Shown in pieces: positions 13,501-26,635 of a DNA stretch of 64,000 nucleotides. Numbering within the stretch: the stretch's first letter is position 1; each line of letters begins with the position of its first letter. Where the stretch lies: contig NC_043007.1 of the NCBI RefSeq assembly GCF_006345805.1, positions 76,446,001-76,510,000 of the forward strand, written 5' to 3'. This DNA is from Octopus sinensis. Taxonomy: Eukaryota. The position numbers and the translations under genes were made by a program. The notes under the pieces are model-generated. The model was given only the letters and a program-made list of their open reading frames with translations, did no database searches and was not told the origin of the DNA.

Positions 13501-14345
13501 ACTAAACGCAAAAGAAATAGACAAAGAAAAATTCCCAGCAATGGTTGAGAAGCTCAGGACTCAAAGCAGAAACAGAGGGATTTTTAATTGCAGCACAAGA
13601 CCAAAGCCTCCCCACAGAAATTACCAAAAACATATAATGAAAAGAAATATTACAAGTAACTGCAGAATATGTGGAGATGGACAAGAAACAATAAATCATA
13701 TTATCTCTAGCTGCCCAGTCCTGGCTAAGAAGGAATATATTCACAGACATGACAGAGTTGGAACCTACATACATTGGAAGCTATGCCAACATTATGGAAT
13801 AACAACAAAAAAAAGATGGTATAGGCACACACCAGAAAAGGTCACAGATAACGAGAAAGCAACCATACTCTGGGATATGCCGATACACACAGATAGAGAA
13901 ATTAAGGCCAACAGACCAGATATAGTTGTCAGAGATCATGAAGAAAAAAAATGCTTTCTAATTGATGTATCAATACCGGCAGATGACAACGTGTCTCTAA
14001 AAGAAATGGAGAAACTCTCAAAATACAAAGACCTGGAATAGAGGTAACTAGAATGTGGAACCTGAAAACAGAAACAATTCCTATCATAGTAGGTGCATTA
14101 GGCATGATAAAAAAAATATTCAGACAAATACATAAAAACAAAAACACCAGGACTTACAAACACATATAACACACAGAAAATTGCACTACTAGGCACTGCA
14201 CACATCCTACGCAGAACACTTTCCATACAATAACCATCAGAGCACCACAACAAATCACAGCACATACCCAAGGCACACAGAGCTGCGCTCGGTAGTGAAG
14301 TGAAAGCACGCTATAAAAATAAAACTACTGAATAATAATAATAAT
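10550..14345 (+). mobile_element. Near full-length, frameshifted R4/Dong-type non-LTR retrotransposon (RT + CCHC + restriction-like endonuclease)
   Basis: KWTREE-like N-terminus; WKAPEHDKIPNFWLK; QKGCRKDSYGCKDQLMIN; RGIFQGDTLSPLLF; YMDDLKLY; CRICGDGQETINHIISSC; RPDIVVRD...LIDVSIP. The 3' end runs into (AAT)n at 14331. Confidence 0.95.
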
Positions 14346-14520
14346 AATAATAAGTCAGTTCAAAGGATTTATAAGTCAGGTCGCTTATATGTAATTGCGC
14401 TACGAGTAATAATGTAGAGTTGGTACTACCTGCGGCATTTTGAAAAAAGAAATGGTTCTGTGTGGAACAAAAGATATTAATAATAATAATAAGTTCGTGC
14501 GAAGCATTTAATAATTCTGT

Positions 14521-15015
14521 GTGGAACAAAAAATAATTCTGGTTAGAAGAAAAAATGATAAAGAATTAACAATACATTTAAAGCGAGTCATGCCAGAAGA
14601 TTTCAAACATAAAGAAATATTACCTGTTGAAATTGAAAACGAACCAGTTGCTAAGGAAGTTAAACAGGGCAAAGAAAGCACAAGCCATTTTGTGATTGAG
14701 GATACTAAACAAGTCCTCCCTGAAAAGATACCAGATGAAATGTCGATGGAAGTGACAAGTGAAGAACACGTTGTAGAAAATTCTGAAATTAGAGAACCTG
14801 AGCCATCTGTTACCGGAAAAGATCCTTCTACTGAAAATGCTTCGTTGAGAAGTCATTCTAATGTAAGCACTTTAAAAGATAATGAAAATTTGCAGGTAAC
14901 CGATCCCGTTTCTGCCGAGAAAAGTGTAACGAAAGGAAGAGTCGTAGAAATGAAAAATAATATAATTCTGTGTGGAACAAGAAAAAATCTAAATAGAAAA
15001 TTAAATTCCGGTTAG
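14521..15015 (+). other. 164-codon acidic low-complexity ORF, probably retroelement-derived, followed by a polypurine tract and a possible LTR start
   Basis: Open frame bracketed by repeated aataattctgtgtggaacaa / aataattctggttagaagaaaa motifs. aaagtggggagg-TGTTTG near 15138-15155 resembles a PPT-LTR boundary. Confidence 0.3.
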
Positions 15016-15512
15016 AAGAAAAAAAATAATGTGTTGAAAGAGAGAAAAAATACATATTTCTGTGTGGAAAAATAATTCTGGTTAGAAGAAAAAGTAATAA
15101 AAATGTTTTTAATATTGTATTGAAAAAGATAAATCTCAAAGTGGGGAGGTGTTTGTGTTCTCCCATGTGAGAAGTGGACTGGTTCACAACTAATAAATGG
15201 CGGACTCACAGTCACTAGTGTCAGTCAGCGAGCTATTTTTGTTGGTTTTTTAACCATTTTTGATCCCTGTGAGTTAAATTGTGAGTTGAATTGTTATATA
15301 CTTGTTGAAGGTCTCCCGTAAGGGTGAACCCACTTGTTGAATGTCATTGTTAAACTGTTGAATTGTTGTTGCTATTTTCGTCTGTGAAATTACAATTGTT
15401 TTCTTCTCTAGTCATGGGTGAAGTAGACAAGAAGCAGAGGATGGAGTGCGAACCAGTCCCAGCCGGCAGCTATGCTTCAGCCACTGGAAGAAGTTTGACA
15501 GCTGACGGTGTC

Positions 15513-15900
15513 GGCTGTTCCTGCAGAGATAAAGACTCCGCTAAATGGAGCCTGTATGACCGAGGCCATTATTTATGAAGCCACCGTAAATTCTACGAGC
15601 GCTAATAACACAGTTTCGTCAAAGAGATATATGGGTCTCACGGAGGAAATTTTAAAGCAAGGTTCAATAATCACACCTTAAGCTTCAGACATTGGGATAA
15701 ATGGAAAACGACCAAATTATCCAGTTATATATGGTTCTTAAAAGAACAAGGTTTCCGTGGTAGTGGCAAGTGCGATCGTTGTGATATGGAAAGATGGCTT
15801 ATCTGGAAAAGTTCCTTGGACCCCGATACATATATAAATTCAAGAACTGAAATTTTTGGACCATGTCCACAAATTACAAAATACCTGTTACGGTTTTGGG
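15513..15900 (+). mobile_element. Penelope-like (Neptune-type) GIY-YIG endonuclease remnant
   Basis: Frameshifted translation: GCSCRDKDS-LNGACMTEAIIYEATV...KRYMGLTE / FKARFNNHTLSFRH...TKLSSYIWFLKEQ ... NSRTEIFGPCPQITKY. Confidence 0.8.
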
Positions 15901-16371
15901 CCGCCTAAAACCACGGATAGAATCGGCATTTTTACTAAGTTCCTGTACAAGCTTTCCATATGTTTCAACAAATTTTGTGTTATATATATTTTTCCTTTTT
16001 TCCTTTTTAATTCTGTGATTGTGTACGCGTGTGAGTATATGTATATATATGTATACATGAAATGTGTATGTGTGTGCTTGTTTATATATGTGTACGCATA
16101 TATGTATGTATATTAGTGTAGGACTGTGTCCGGTGAATAAGCGCGACTTTCATACACACGTCCCCTTCTCTTATACGGAAATGTATATACTTGTATATCT
16201 GCGGTTGTACGTGTGTGATAGGAGGGTGTATATGGATATATATCTGTGTACATATGTATACATATGTATATTCGTATCTGCGGTGAATGTGAATACATAC
16301 CTGTATATGTGTGTATGTGTGTGTGTATATATATACATATACATACACATGCACACACACATATATATAAT

Positions 16372-16436
<65 letters not shown>

Positions 16437-16465
16437 GTATGTATGTATGTACGTATGTGTAAAAA

Positions 16466-17230
16466 CAGGGGTTGGACAAAATAATGGAAACACCTTAAAA
16501 TTTCAAACAAATTTATTTTAATATGGCTTTGGCAGTAATTATGGCTTGAATTCTACAAGGTATGAACTCGTACAAAGTTTGAATTGTTTCCAAAGGAATT
16601 TTTGTCCATTCTTCAGCTAAAACAGTCTCCAGTTCTTGTAGTGATGATGGTGAAAGATATTGACTCCTTACTTGTTTTTCTAAAATGCACCATAAATGTT
16701 CAATAATACTGAGATCTAGGGACTGGGGTGGCCAGATAAGATGTTCAACATCACTAAAATGTTCCTTGCGCCATTCAGTAACAAATTTAGCTGTGTGAAT
16801 TGGTGCATTATCATCCTGAAAGATTGCGTTTCCCTCCGGAAACAGCTCCGCAATCATAGGATGAGTTTCATCAGATAAAATGCTTAAATAGTCTTGACTA
16901 TTAATTCTGCCGTGAAGGTAAACCATTGGACCGACAGATTTCTAAGTTACAGCCCCCCACTCCCCACCGATCATCACAGATCCTCCTCCATGTTTAACAG
17001 TTGGAAGAAGGCAGTCTGGGTCAAATACTTCTTTTGGCTGTTTCCACACGTTTACTTGGCCGGTGGTCGGAAATAAGGTAAAGGATGACTCGTCCGAGAA
17101 AATAACATTTTCCCACTGGTCTAGGAACCAATTCTGTAGGTTTTTACTCCACTCTAAACGCTTTGCAACATTTGTTTTTATAAGTAGTGGTTTTCTGATT
17201 GCAGCTCTCCCGTCTGTCTGTGTCACTTTT
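16466..17230 (-). mobile_element. Tc1-like transposon 3' half (DD36E spacing)
   Basis: IFSDESSF; FQDDNAPIH...WPPQSLDLSIIEHLW, with 36 residues between D2 and E. TIR caggggttggacaaaataatggaaacacc at 16466. Confidence 0.9.
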
Positions 17231-17234
17231 TGGG

Positions 17235-18420
17235 TGGAGTGTCCCGTATCTAGTTAGCAATTCCTTGTTTTTCTGTCTAAGCTGTTTAGTTCGTCTACTG
17301 TCCATGCGATTACCCCTGCTCCATATCTAAGGAGTGAAACCGCCCAGGTGTTGATGGCTTCAATCTTATTCCGTCCGTTTAATTACGACTTAAGTATGAG
17401 TCTCAGTCTGCGCAAGTATTCCACCTTAAATTTTTCTGTCATTTCTTTCTCCATCAATCTATCCATTTCCAAAATCCCCAAGTACTTATAGCCCGTCTCT
17501 TCTATCTGCTTCATAACTTCCCTCGATGGTCTCGTTAGCCCGTCCATACATTTGATTTTGCCTCTCTTCAAGACTAACACACCACACTTTCTCAGTCCGA
17601 ACTCCATTCTGATATCAGCACTGAAAGTATACACCGTATCAACGAGGGAACTGACTTGGGCTTCATCTTTACCATAAATTTTTAGGTCATCTATGAATAA
17701 CAAATGGTTGACTTTTTGTTGGCAACTTTTGAATACATACCCAGCTTTTGCTTTCCTCAGAATCAGTGTTAGTGGTATCAAGCACAGTACAAAGATCAGT
17801 GGGGACAGGCAGTCCCTTGGAGGATGCCCCTCCGGATTTCTATAGTCCCTAAACTTTTTCCGTACGCTGTCAGGTCCGTCCTCCAATTCACCATACTTTT
17901 TCCAAGCAATCGCTCAACATTCCATGCTATACCAAATAGGTTCATACATTCCTTTATCCAAGAATGTAGGATCATATAGTACGCCTTACGATAGTCGATC
18001 CATGACATAGCTAAGTTACTTTTCCTCCTCTTGCAGTCTCTAAGTACAGTTTTGTCTATCAGGAGTTGGTCCTTGCTACCTCTGCACTTACGCTTGCAAC
18101 CCTTCTACTCATGTAGCAGGACTCTAATTTTTTCCAGATGTTCGTACATTGACGCTGCGAGTATTCCAGTCAATAATTTCCACATAAGTGGCAAACAGGA
18201 TATTGGCCTGTAATTGTCTGCCATATTGCCTTTTTCTATGTTTTTCAAGAACATCACTGTCCTTCCCAATGTCAACCATTCTGGTGTTACTTGGTCGGCA
18301 TTTAACAAGGTATTGAGTTGCACAGCTATTCGTGCATGATATTTCACCAAATCTTTTGATCCAGTAGTTTTGAACTCCATCTGGTATCGAGGCCTTCCAG
18401 TTGTTAAATTTTTTGCTGAT
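17235..18420 (-). mobile_element. Decayed R4/Dong-type RT fragment (different subfamily)
   Basis: [68 protein letters not shown]. Confidence 0.9.
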
Positions 18421-18674
18421 TTCTTTCGCTTCCCTAACTGAAATTATTATTTCTACAGGTCTGTGTACATACGTATACATATGTGTATTATGTACTAAAG
18501 ATTCGGCAGATGGTGGGAAGGTCAGCCATAGAGACAAAAGAATCTTCGCACCCTTTGGGTCAGCAGAGGTCAAATGTGTTTACTACTACCAGCGACAACT
18601 GAGAGCGCTGTTCTTGGCCTTGAAAAGAGGCAATTCTACCCGTGCTATTTGTAATTACTGGTAGAAAAAATAGT

Positions 18675-18721
<47 letters not shown>

Positions 18722-18840
18722 CATACGTATACATATATCTTATATAAAATCCGTCCTGTCTGTGTGTGTGTGGGTTTGTGTGCGTGTGTGTGTGTGGCTT
18801 CTAGGATCTCAGTCATCTTCCATCCGATTGCGCTCAAATT

Positions 18841-18878
<38 letters not shown>

Positions 18879-19231
18879 TATATATACCGACGGTATCAGG
18901 GTGTGTATAAGTCTTGGAAAAATTACAAAAATCGATTCCAGGTGAGTGCGATAGATAAAGCCGTGGGAAATCGTTTTTCTTTGGAATAGAAAAAAGTCTA
19001 CCTTTATTTCTTCTTTTGCTGGTGTCTCAAATTTAGGTTAAATCAGTGTTTCTCAAAGGGAACGCCTATGGGACGGTCGGACAAGTTGTTTTGAGAAAAT
19101 TTAGTTTAAATGTTTGACAACTCAGCACCGTCCATTGGACAGGGGGCGTTTTGCTCGTATATATATATATATGTGTGTGTGTGTGAGTGTGTGTGTGTTT
19201 GTGTGTGTGTGTTTGTATGTACGTATGTATG

Positions 19232-19276
<45 letters not shown>

Positions 19277-19306
19277 CACACACACATATATATATATAAT
19301 ATATAT

Positions 19307-19341
<35 letters not shown>

Positions 19342-19399
19342 TTGAATTTCTTAATTCAATTGTGTTGTTGCAATAAAAGGTATGTTGCTTACATATCTG

Positions 19400-20400
19400 G
19401 GTAGTTAGGGATAAGTTTCATACAAAATTTAATGCATTAAAGTTTCTAAGTTTTCTTGAGATGTTCGTTTGTCTGTCCTGTTGGAGAATACAGTAGCATT
19501 TTTTGCAATCAAAAGGACGTTTACATTTTCGAATAATCAGGGAGAAAGGAAAGTATAGGTATTCACAGAAGTTGTAGATATTAAAGTTTTTTTTTAAAGC
19601 TGGTGGTTTGTGTGTTCGAAAGCTGCAGGTATGTAAGTTTCCTAACTTATTTGGAGGGAGATTTGAAATATTCACGGGAAAATGTAGATATTCTAGTCTT
19701 TGGGAATAGTAGAAGGAAGAGATGTTCACCTTGTTATTTTTGGGAATTTCTGAATTTCTTTTTCTTTTCTTTTGGAATTTTTATTTTATTTTTAAAAGTT
19801 TTGCTGTGGTTTACAATTTTTGTAGTTGTGCACTATGTATATATTGGCAGGTGCTTAACTCCTTAATTATGGGGTTTTTATTTTATCGTGCATTTAATTG
19901 TGTTGTTACAATAAACGGCGTGTTTACATATTCGTGTAGTCAAGGAATAAGGAAAGATTAAATGTTTACACAAAATTGGAGATATTAAAGTTTCTAATTT
20001 TATTTTAGATGTTCCTTTGTATGTCCATTCAGAGAAGACTATTGTACTTTTGCAATAAAAAGGATGTTTACATTTTCAAATACTCAGGGAGAAAGGAAAG
20101 GAAAGAAAAGGAAGGTTAAATTTTCACAGAAAATTGTATATATTAAGATTTTAAAATTTACTGGAGATGGTCTTCCGTCTGTCCGAACAGAGAAAACTGT
20201 AGTATTCTTGGAATAAAGAGGATGTTTACGTTTTCGAATACTCAGGGAGAAAGGAAAGATTAGGTATGCACAGAAGTTATAGATATTAAAAGTTTTAAAG
20301 CTGATCATTTATGTGTTCGAAAAATGTAGATATGTAAGTTCTTAACTTATTTTGAGGGAAATTACTCACAGGAAATTGTAGATATTCCAGTCACTGAGAG
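19400..20400. repeat. Degenerate tandem/direct repeat with ~140-160 bp units
   Basis: aaaaggaygtttacattttcgaataytcagggagaaaggaaag recurs at about 19510, 20060 and 20220. Confidence 0.75.
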
Positions 20401-20509
20401 TTATTTTTCAGTTATCCTGCTGGGTTGTATTAGTGTTTCTGTGTCTTCAGCTACAGACAAATCAGATCAGCGAAGAACACGTCCAGTTGGTCATTCTGTA
20501 TTATTATTA

Positions 20510-20554
<45 letters not shown>

Positions 20555-20621
20555 AAATATCAAAAGTTAATTGAAAGTTCAATCAATGCCAGTATCATGT
20601 ATGTTAAGGCACTTTCAACCG

Positions 20622-20684
<63 letters not shown>

Positions 20685-21145
20685 TATATATATATATATA
20701 ATATGATAAACAAGAAGAAAATGGAGAGAATATAGATATAAATTAATTTATTAACATAAAGCAGATTCCTAAAATCTCAACCTAACAACATTTCATGTCA
20801 ATTAGCCCTGATGATCTTTTCCTCATATAATATTCTAAATGCAAATTTTATTTTATTTATAAATTTGTAATTAGCATTGAGTAAAATTGAAACGATTGTA
20901 GGTATTTTTAATTAACGATATGTTAATAAATTAATTTATATCTATATATTCTCTATTTTCTTTTTGTTTACCATATTCTACATTTTTAATATACCCATTT
21001 ATATCGATGTGATATAAAATGAAACCGAAAAGGCATTAAGGCATTCAAGGCACCGTTCCTTTGCATGCATGAAGAAGTAGGGAAAATCTATGTGAACTTT
21101 CAAAAAATATCGCAGAAAAATCGGTTTGCTATGTGTGCCACATAT

Positions 21146-21556
21146 ACTCTTTACTCTTTTACTTGTTTCAGTCATTTGACTGCGGCCATGCTGGAGCACC
21201 GCCTTTAGTCGAGCAACTCGACTCCGGGACTTATTCTTTTTGTAAGCCCAGTACTTATTCTATCGGTCTCTTTTTGCCGAACCGCTAAGTGACGGGGACG
21301 TAAACACACCAGCATCGGTTGTCAAGCAATGCTAGGGAAAAAAACACAGACACACAAACACACACACATACATATATATATACATATATACGACAGGCTT
21401 CTTTCAGTTTCCGTCTACCAAATCCACTCACAAGGCATTGGTCGGCCCGGGGCTATAGCAGAAGACACTTGTCCAAGATGCCACGCAGTGGGACTGAACC
21501 CGGAACCATGTGGCTGGTTAGCAAGCTACTTACCACACAGCCACTCCTGCGCCTGT
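21146..21556 (-). mobile_element. SINE family S1
   Basis: Reverse complement of 7077-7480. Confidence 0.9.
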
Positions 21557-21889
21557 GTAATATGATGTAATTAACCGATTTTTTCCAGTAATAACGTATC
21601 CTATTGGAATCAAAAGGGCCATATAGCTCATTGGAGCAGACATGATGCTCACTGTGAATTTCAAAAAAAATTCCTGCCAATTTGTTAAAGATATTGTCGA
21701 AAATATGTCATCTTGAATTTGAATGCGATTTCCCAAAATGGCATTATTTTATCGATTTTTTTCTGATGGTAAGGTATTGCATGGAAAACTAACGACAGAA
21801 TTAAGTTCCTTAAGGTAACATTAAGCTTCACCATGAGTTTAGTGAAAATCGATTGCATGTTGCGAAAACTACAACGGAAAATGTGTTGC

Positions 21890-22112
21890 ATATGATAAGC
21901 TTAGATTCTAGACCCCATGTCGAATTTATCGACTTTCTTCAGAACTGGGGGAACTTTTCAAAATTTTCGCGGCATTTGTTTTGAATTATGACATTGGGCT
22001 ATGTGTGTGTCAAGTTTCATGAGAATCGGTTGAAAGCCGTGGTCAGGGTGAGGGTACAACCTGACAGACACATAGACACACAGACAGACAACTTGCCTTT
22101 TATATATAGAGA
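21890..22112 (+). mobile_element. 3' end of a non-autonomous Helitron/Helentron-like element
   Basis: aagtttcatgagaatcggttgaaagccgtgg...(caga)n...ttttatatatagagaga has the same architecture as the 3' end at 63760-63850. Confidence 0.5.
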
Positions 22113-22249
22113 GATATAGAGCATTAAGCCAGTGTAACTAGGATGCTTTCATCCCTATAAGAAAAATACATATTCTCGCAGTGGAAAATGTATAATGTGT
22201 GTGTGTGTGTATTATGTATACACATTTCAAAATGTGACCGCGTGTGTAC

Positions 22250-22435
22250 CGTTGGCAATTTTTTTTCTTCTGTCTTCCCTTCTCTGGATATTTCCTTCTC
22301 CTATGTTTCCGACGAAGAGCTCCGCTCGAAACGTTAAACCCTCCTTCTTTCCTTCTTTCCGTTCAATAATACTATATTTGTTCCACGTCCTCGCGTTGAT
22401 GTGTTTTTTTGTGCTTTCTTGTTTGGATTAACTAT
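22250..22435 (+). repeat. Short Penelope-terminus-like repeat with a minimal hammerhead variant
   Basis: gttt-CCGACGA-a-gagc-tcc-gctc-GAAA-cgtt-aaac at about 22305-22339. Confidence 0.6.
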
Positions 22436-22669
22436 ACATATATATATAATATATATATACATATATGCATACTCATACACACACATACATGTTCATAAAA
22501 GATTTTACACAAGTGTACATAAGGATAATCGTTTTCTTGAAGATTTCATTTCGTATTTCAAACATGATTAAAACAACGAATATTTCAAAAGAAAAGCAGG
22601 CACAGTTTAGCAGATGATCGGAAACGAATAACTCTGAAAACAGGAAACTGAAGTCTTTCGGTTACTTTG

Positions 22670-22711
<42 letters not shown>

Positions 22712-24386
22712 TGCGTGCATGTGTGCATGTGTGTGCGTGTGTGCGCGCGTGTGTGTCTGCATGTCTGTGTCTCTGTATGCGTATTACATAAACATTTTAT
22801 AAAATCTCTTCTAAGTTTCCCTGAAAAACCCAAAGAAATATTTTTGTGAACACCATGTGGTGAATCTAGGAGTGTACAAATATGTGAATACTAGTTATTA
22901 GTGACTAGAAAGATGATTTAGTGATATGCGATGAAATAGTTTAATTCTGGGTGTAGTTTATGATTAAAAAAGTGAATATATTTATAATTATACATATCTT
23001 CTGTTGTCTATGTCTTTGCTATATGGTTGTTAGTACATAGCACGTGGAAGGTGCTGTTTATTTGGACATTATGCTTTGCAGAAACATTTGAAATATTTTA
23101 TTGTTCTTACTTATGTTAATGGGACACGAGTCCTGTCAGATGTAAGTGAAGTTTAGATCGGCTGGTAGTTTATATTGAGTATTTTTTTTATTGATTGGTG
23201 TTTTGGATGCAGTAAGCGTTTACGCATAAATGTATATATACGAATATGTATTGACTATGATGCGACACAAAACACTTACGAACCATACTTAAGAATACGT
23301 CCACACAAGCGCAGTCATATACATAAGTGGTCTGATCAATAAGTATACGGACTATTATTATAGTAACGAAGCTAAAGTACGCAGAGTGAAGCCACTCTGT
23401 TGTGCATGTGCTCAAAGTTTTAACATTTTAGCTAACTTCCTCTGTTTACAACAGTGATTGGAAGGAAGGTGTGTAGCGTGTGATCGTCGCATTGTCCATG
23501 ACAGAAAAGATTGAGCAAAGAATCTGCATCAATTTAAAAGAAATGCAAGAGCCAATACAGCTTGGCACCAGCAGCATCGCAACTCATTTCTACAGCTGAA
23601 TGAACCGGAGCAACATGCTTTAGTTTTGTTGCAATGGCAACAGTCCGGATACTTATTGATCTGACCGCGTTTATATAGATACATGTCTGTGCACATACAC
23701 ACACATGAATATATATACATATAATATATGAAATAATGTATCGTAAATAAACAAACGACAGGTAAAAAACGTATACCGTATACTGAATGAACAACCAGAC
23801 GAGAGGCAGACACAGAAGGCTGTAATTCTTCATCAGTTATCAACCGGATGACATTACTTAGTTAACGGTAAGACTGAGAACTTACCATGCTGGCGGTACT
23901 CGCGAAAGTTGTGGAGAATACAGGGCCTAAGAGCAGACAAAATAATATAGAGTTGACATACGAAAGTGAATAAATGTAACTGAAGACAATAGACAAAGGC
24001 TAAATAAATAAGAAACGAGGAAAATATAGCCTCAGGGCCAAAAAGACAAGACTGGTAGGTAACGCCTAGAAGGCATCCTAAAGGATATGAAAACAGCGAA
24101 TAGCAAGACAGAGATTCTGCGACCGGTCATCTAAGCAGCTGGTGTGTAAAAGGGAGAGAAAGAAAGAAAAGCTATCTTACTATTCGCTTTCATATGTCCG
24201 CTCTGTGTTGTTTTGTTTGCTCTCGGCCCTATATCCTCCTAAAATTTCGCGGACACCACCAGCATGGGAAGTTCTCAGTCTTATCATTAATGATGCGAAA
24301 CTGAATAATACCATTTGGTTGAAAACTGATGAAGATATTAGGGACCTTCTATATCTGTCTCCCAACCGGTTGTACACTCAGTATAC

Positions 24387-24458
<72 letters not shown>

Positions 24459-24689
24459 TTACATACAGAAATATTCATATACATACATGCATCCATACAT
24501 ATGTAGACATTGTCATTCATATATTCATTCATTCATATTTTCACGCATACATACACATAGGCATACTTTCATCCATCCACCCATATATACATACACACAT
24601 CCATTTGTACATACATATACACTTACATGCAGTTATACATCCTATACATATATACCTACATTCATTCATTCATACTTTCTACATCCATC

Positions 24690-24815
24690 CATCCAACCAT
24701 CAATACATACATAAATACATACATACATACATACATACATACATACATACATACATACATACATACATACATACATACATACATACATACATACATTTCA
24801 TACATACATATATGT
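24690..24815. repeat. (TACA)n microsatellite
   Basis: Seen directly. Confidence 0.95.
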
Positions 24816-25448
24816 AAGATTTTCAAATCTTTTACGTCAATTACGTTACTTTTGTCTTCGTTTGCTCACTGAATTAGGAAGGTCCTTTCATTTTCTTACC
24901 GGGATGGTTACGATTGGAATGTCTTTAATCTACTTCTTTCTTATCGATCAAGCTGATAAGGGCATAAACAAGAACAAGAAGGAATGATACATTAGATAAT
25001 CTAATTCTGGATATACCATTCCAAAATAAAAGATGGGATTGTCATGGCTGCAATAAAATACCTTTAATCATAGGTTGACAATAGGCCTGATCTAGGATTA
25101 ATTCAGAGATCCAAATTGTTGGTGGCCATATTCGAATGACATATGGGAAAAATTCTTAATGAAGTGAAATTTGCCTTTTAGATAGAGAAGGAAAACAAAA
25201 CTCAATAGGCAATTTATAAAGAAAATGAAATATAATTTTAGAAATTAATTATGAGAATCCCAGAATAATAATATTTCTTGCTCAATAGCGAAATCTTATT
25301 TTTGTTATGTTCCGGATATGTCTTCATTCTCTCTGACATCAGACGTGGAAGTTAGTTTTATCAAGTCCGCTTTATCAATAGATACACACATGTATACATA
25401 TATAATATACACACATACACATTCACGTATACATATGCACAAATACAT

Positions 25449-25501
<53 letters not shown>

Positions 25502-25502
25502 C

Positions 25503-25577
<75 letters not shown>
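25503..25577. repeat. (AAT)n microsatellite
   Basis: Seen directly. Confidence 0.95.
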
Positions 25578-25842
25578 GGGAGTAAATCCAAACTTACAGG
25601 AAAAAATTAGATTTAGGATTAAATCCAATTTTACAGTATAAATATACATTAAATTAGCGATAAAACCACTATTAGGCAAATCAAACAGTGAAAAACATAA
25701 ACCAAAACATAGAAATAAAATGAATTAATATAATATACAAAATATATAATATAAAATTCAAAAATTCAATAATTAAAAATTAAAAATTCATGTTTTTCAC
25801 TGTTTGATTTGCCTAATAATGGTTTTATCTCTAATTTAATTT
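25578..25842. repeat. AT-rich foldback element with ~51 bp inverted repeats
   Basis: 25648-25698 pairs with 25790-25840. A further inverted copy lies at about 26460-26560. Confidence 0.75.
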
Positions 25843-25850
25843 ATATATCT

Positions 25851-25958
<108 letters not shown>

Positions 25959-25989
25959 CATATATATATACATGTATATATGCATATAT

Positions 25990-26306
25990 AAAGTAGACTC
26001 CCTTCGGTCATGAATAGCCAATGGATTGCACCTAGAAAGTTACTCTCCGAAACACAGGTCCGGGCAAGGTTGTTTATGGAAGACCAGCAATCGCCCATCC
26101 ATACCAGCCTCCCCTCTCCATGCCGCTGATGTTATCCAAGGGAAAGGCAAAGCCGATACAGCTTTGCACTAGTAACGTCGCAATTCATTTCTACAGTAGA
26201 TTGAATTTGAGCAACATGTAATAAAATGTCTTCCTCAAGAACATAACACACAGCTCGGTCCGAGAGTCGAACTCACTACCTTCTGATTGTGAGCCGGACA
26301 CTCTAA
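25990..26306 (-). mobile_element. tRNA-headed SINE (family S5)
   Basis: Minus strand starts tagagtgtccggctcacaatcagaaggtagtgagttcgactctcgg (B-box gttcgactc). A related fragment lies at 23550-23620. Confidence 0.65.
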
Positions 26307-26561
26307 AAAATAAATAAATAAATAAATAAATAAATAAAAAAAAAGTAAATAACGTAATTATACGTATATATATATATATATATTCATAAAAATTTATAAA
26401 TATAAATTAATAATTAAAATTTTTAACTCTAAATTTATATAATTTAAATTTTGAATTTTATATTTTATATATTTTGTATATTATATTAATAAATTATTTC
26501 TATGTTTTGGTTTATGTTTTTTCACTGTTTGATTTGCATAATAGTGGTTTTTCTCTATTTA

Positions 26562-26627
<66 letters not shown>

Positions 26628-26635
<8 letters not shown>

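Noticed and set aside
24142-24817. 190-aa and 162-aa ORFs
   Set aside because: Open only because of TA/TACA low-complexity sequence.
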